Assembly (NCBI RefSeq): GCF_009914755.1
Contig: NC_060929.1
DNA from: the human T2T-CHM13v2.0 reference genome, Homo sapiens
Direction: 5' to 3' (one strand)
DNA length: 64,000 bases
The notes beneath the pieces are model-generated. The model was given only the letters and a program-made list of their open reading frames with translations, was not told the origin of the DNA and searched no databases. Position 1 is the first letter of the stretch; each line of letters opens with the position of its first letter. Below are positions 59,481 to 64,000 of the stretch, one piece after another. Both the position numbers and the translations under genes were made by a program.

Positions 59481-60697
59481 CTAAAAAAGAAAGATAACAT
59501 AGTTTTTTCCATTTTAGGAAAATAGTCCTTAAAACATAGAAATAAAATATTCCTAACATGCTTAAACATTTTTTCAAATGTCTTACTAAAATTCACATAT
59601 AAGACAACTAAATAATTTTACTAAAACAAATCTGATGAGCATATACGGATGGTAGCAACAAATTCTGGACTTAAAAACAGAAGTTCTTTATTTTTGCATT
59701 CCCAAATACTATAATTATATCATCGTTTTTACTTCAATTACTCTTAACAACGTATGTGAAGTAAAATGTTGTAAACAGCATTTCAAGTACAAACATTAGA
59801 AATGCTGGAAGTGAAAAACAACCATGACCTCAATATATCCTCTCAGATAATGACACCAAGAAACAGTGCATGTGATTCAATACACCTTTGCCTGAAATAA
59901 TGATCATGGAAATGCAATACAATGCTGCACATATCCCATTACAATTTACACAAAGAAGCAAAATGATACAAGAAAGCCCACTATATTACTCCTATACAAA
60001 TGCTTCTTCCTATGTTAATCTACCTTGCAAGCCCCAACCCACTTCATCTATGACATTTTTCCTAGCATATTTCTTCTAGATTATTTTTAGTCTGCAAGTG
60101 CCACAAGGGCAAGGACCATGCTATCTTATTCTCCCCACATCTAGCTTGATTCTTAGAAGGTGTCTAATCGTCACTGGAAGTAGTCTCAGCCTCAGTCTCC
60201 AAAATGACAATGCATCCTGGAGCCACCCCCACACAGCCACCGTATTAACATGAAGAGCTGAAGAGCACTGAGCTCAACACCCATGCCACATGCGGAACCT
60301 AGCAATAGCACCTGGCCATGCAGACTCTTCACAACAGCAATGCAGGAGCAATGGGATCTCTGACACATAGAAGCTTGGGAGAGGGTGTGGGGAGGAAAAT
60401 CAATAAACTCAGATGAGATGTAGATAGAACAGATTGTTAGACCCTCCACTTAATCAATAATCAATGCTATTCCAGTGACTAAACCTCCATACGACCTACC
60501 ATAAGGGATTTGTACTAGGCTCCACTTTTACCTGTTCCGAAGGAACACTGAACAAAACTTGAATTCCAAATAAATTCAATTTCTTTTTTTTGCAAAATCT
60601 CATGGATAAGAAGAGTTTTAGTATGTAAACTCCCTTTTAAAAATGCAAATACTTTCTCCAGACATTTCTGAGGCAAATATGCTTAAGTGGCACCTAC

Positions 60698-60795
60698 ACT
60701 GGATGGCATACGCTCCCAGCTGAGCAGCAGTGTTGACGGGACAGGGCAGACGGCCCTGAAGGACATCTTGCTTCACCTGCAAGAAAAACTGATAT
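60698..60795 (-). CDS. EPB41L4A: EPB41L4A coding exon (probably exon 5), FERM F2 lobe: (R)[32 protein letters not shown](S)
   Basis: 98 nt; acceptor tttctcttttag, donor gtaggt; typical band 4.1 motif [15 protein letters not shown]; phase matches the next exon. Confidence 0.96.
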
Positions 60796-60969
60796 CTAAA
60801 AGAGAAACAAAAAGAGAGATTAACGATCTCTTACACTACTCAAACCTGAGGTTTCGGACCCTGATAATCAAGGTTAACAACCAATCACCTTCAATTAAAA
60901 TAAAGTCACCCCCCATTCTTGTGTGAGGGGGCTGTTGAGTGAACAGGAACTACTTAAACATACCTTACA

Positions 60970-61200
60970 GAGGCAATACACGGTTGTCGCTAAAAAGTGC
61001 GGCTTTCAAGTTCAACTGCTTGGCTTACTTCCCAGCCCCAGCATTCAGTACCTCTGTAGCCTTAGGCTGCTGCTTAACCTCTACAACAGCCAGCCTCCCC
61101 ACCTGCAAAACTGGAACAGTTGACAGCATCCACCTCACAGGGTGAATGCAAAGGATAACTCCAAGCTCTTTTAAGCTATCATTACTGCCACTGCCACCAC
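60970..61200 (+). mobile_element. MIR
   Basis: ccttaggc..ctgcttaacctct...cacctgcaaaactgg...cctcacagggtg. Confidence 0.6.
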
Positions 61201-61289
61201 AACATGCTCTTACTGGGAGGAAGAAATCACAAAGACCCAACCTATATTACATAACACTCTGCCTATTATCTGCTCATTCCATGTTGCCA

Positions 61290-61540
61290 AAAGAAAACCT
61301 GTTATAATAGTAATGTCATGCACTGTTCTAAACACTATACGGTAACTCATTCTAAGTAATTTATGTATAACAACTTAGGTTAAGACTTTAAAAATGAAGA
61401 CAGTATATTATATTCTCCATTGTGCAGATGAGAAAACTGATAGACTCAGGGGTGAAATAACTTGTCCAGGACCTCACAACAAATTAAGCAGCAGAGTTAG
61501 AGCTAGAACCCAAGCAATCTGACCCTGGAACTCTATCAAT
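61290..61540 (-). mobile_element. MIR
   Basis: ctccattgtgcagatgagaaaactga...aacttgtccagg...gaacccaagcaatctgac. Confidence 0.75.
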
Positions 61541-61939
61541 CAGGATGTCATGTAACTTTGATTAGTTTTATTTTTTTTCTTATTCAGCTATTCTGCTAGT
61601 GGACTGAGAGGGGCCAGAGGTTTATGAACCAACATAATTAACCATCCACATCATCCTCAGATGCTAGCACTTACACATATGCACACACACTCTCACACAC
61701 TTCAGCCTGTCCTTTTGTGACTTCTGTTTTGTAAGGTGACTCGATGTCACTGGGAAGGGAAGAAAAAAAACAAAGGAAATGAACTATAATAATCAGCTAT
61801 ATTAAATATCTCTTCTCCAAATGCACACAACCAAAGCACTTAGTGAGGAAATGTTACATGTGTTAGATATCAGACACCACATTGATTATTTCAGGAAGAT
61901 TGGCATCAACTTTTATTGCAACCATATGTTTCAGAGAAA

Positions 61940-62480
61940 ATTTGCTCAATGTCCCATGTTTCCCCACTGCCCATTTCAGTAAATGGCACCCCCGCCTTCA
62001 GATGTCCACGTAAAATAAACCTGGGAACAACGTGTAATCATCCCTGGCACCCACATTCAATCACCAAATATGCTGTTTCTGAAATCTATACTTCTCTCCA
62101 TCCCCTACACCAGGTCACTCTCTCCTAAACTTCTAAAACCTCCTCCTAACTGTTCTGCCATCACTCATACTTACTTTCCTTCCAATCCTCCCAAGAGGTA
62201 AGCAGGATTCTTAAGATGTAAACAGGATCATGTCACTCTTTCAGTTAAAAAAAAAACAACAACAACCCTCAAAAGACTTCCCTTTGCCTTTAGGATAAAG
62301 TTCAAGCTCCTTAAGATAGCTTGTAAAACTGACTTCTTCTTACTTCTGCTTACTTCTTGGGTCACTTCTTGCTACTGATCAGTGACCACCCTGTTCCATA
62401 ATTTACACACCTTTTTCCAACCCTATTTAACTATTTTCAATTCCCTGAATGTTCACCTGAGCATTAAATCCACTTGATAA
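61940..62480 (+). mobile_element. L2 3' region
   Basis: ccatttcagtaaatggcacc; ggatcatgtcactc; ttaggataaagttcaagctcctta. Confidence 0.7.
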
Positions 62481-62567
62481 TGATCATCTGTGCTCCTCTT
62501 GGAAAGGAGAAAAGCAGAGTCAAGTAAAATTAGGAGAACTTAAAATACAAAACCTTATAAACAAGAG

Positions 62568-62862
62568 TGGGCATGGTGGCTCACGCCTGTAATCCCAGCA
62601 CTGTGGGAGGCTGAGGCAGGTGGATCACCTGAGATCAGGAGTTCAACACCAGCCAGGCCAACACAGTGAAACTCTTTCTCTATTAAAAATACAAAAGTTA
62701 GGAGTGGTGGCGCATGCCGGTAGTCCCAGCTACTTGGGAAGGTGAGGCAGCAGAATCACTTGAACCCAGGAGGCAGAGGTTGCCATGAGCTGAGATTGCG
62801 CCACTGCACCCCAGCCTGGGTGACAGAGCAAGACCCTGTCTCAAAAAAACAAACAAAAAAAA
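62568..62862 (+). mobile_element. AluSx-like
   Basis: Dimer with a small internal deletion; TSD aaaaccttataaacaa. Confidence 0.92.
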
Positions 62863-63036
62863 AACCTTATAAACAAAAGAGACAACTGTGAGAATTATCA
62901 CTGCTTGCTGCTGGAAACTTGCATTTTACTACACCCTCCTCCTTCTCTATTGGCATCTTCAAATTTCTTTTCCTGAAGTGTATTTTTTTAAGAAATGGGT
63001 CAGAGATGCAAATTTCTCTTCCTCTATTAAGACTTT

Positions 63037-63345
<309 letters not shown>

Positions 63346-64000
63346 CTAGACAATCAAATCTTTTGCCAAATACAGAAATGACAGACATCTGATTCAAAGA
63401 CAAAAGGAAAGAGGAACAGAGGAACAGAGAGATTAAAAATATGTATTAGAAAACAAAGAGCTGAAATACAGACAAACACATACAAAGAAACAGGAGCCAC
63501 ATCACATTAGTAACTGCATTCCCAGTATCTAGGGCTCAGCACATAGTAGCTGCTTAATAAATACTTCTTGATTTGCAAGTTGGATACATGGATAAACAGA
63601 CAAAATTCTAAAAACTGGTAACATCATTTGCTGTCTCTGAGAAATTCATAAAGAAAAAAAAATATCTACTCAAACTTCCCTGGATAGCCTGCCTTTTAAA
63701 GATATCACAGATCTTTAACTCACTGCATTAAAAAAAAAATCAAAAACTGAAGGCAAACAATTTTTAATTTAAAACTTGATTTTTATTATAGCAAGCATCT
63801 TAGTAGAGTCATAAGGCAAATTTGTGATAAAGTAAAATCATATTTTCATATGTTAAACATTTTATAGCGTCTCAGGGCCTATTTTAAAGTAACTATATAT
63901 TGCTTATTTTGTATATTTTATGGGGTTTATAGTAAATTTAGTATTTTATTTAAATTAGAACAAGTTAGAGTTGCTGAGTCTTTCCTTCTGTGTCATTCTG

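Overview
Human (AluYb-bearing) intronic/exonic DNA from the body of EPB41L4A (band 4.1-like 4A/NBL4), transcribed on the minus strand. Nine internal coding exons (probably exons 5-13; 843 nt, all GT-AG, phases compatible) splice into one open frame that encodes FERM lobes F2/F3, the FERM-adjacent region and the start of the C-terminal tail. Most of the remainder is transposon-derived: about 20 Alus or Alu fragments, L1PA/PB/MB/MC/ME fragments, L2, MIR, THE1/MER34/MER61/MER4E LTRs, a full-length Tigger1, MER2, Tigger3a, MER58B and MER5. Nearly all ORFs in the supplied track are repeat-derived or spurious. I found no wholly novel system. The best leads are: (1) a candidate internal promoter and alternative first exon in intron 12 (~22.7-23.45 kb) that would give a FERM-less isoform starting at a strong-Kozak AUG in exon 13, overlapping a candidate plus-strand antisense lncRNA; (2) a candidate in-frame alternative terminal or poison exon at ~0.94-1.14 kb; (3) a templated inverted insertion at 42.1 kb copied from 43.05 kb that duplicates an AP-1 site; (4) a young AluYb inserted into the target-site duplication of an older Alu; (5) inverted Alus around exons 5-6 that could make a stop-free 219-nt circRNA. 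Repeat subfamily names and exon numbers come from recalled consensus sequences and were not verified by search.
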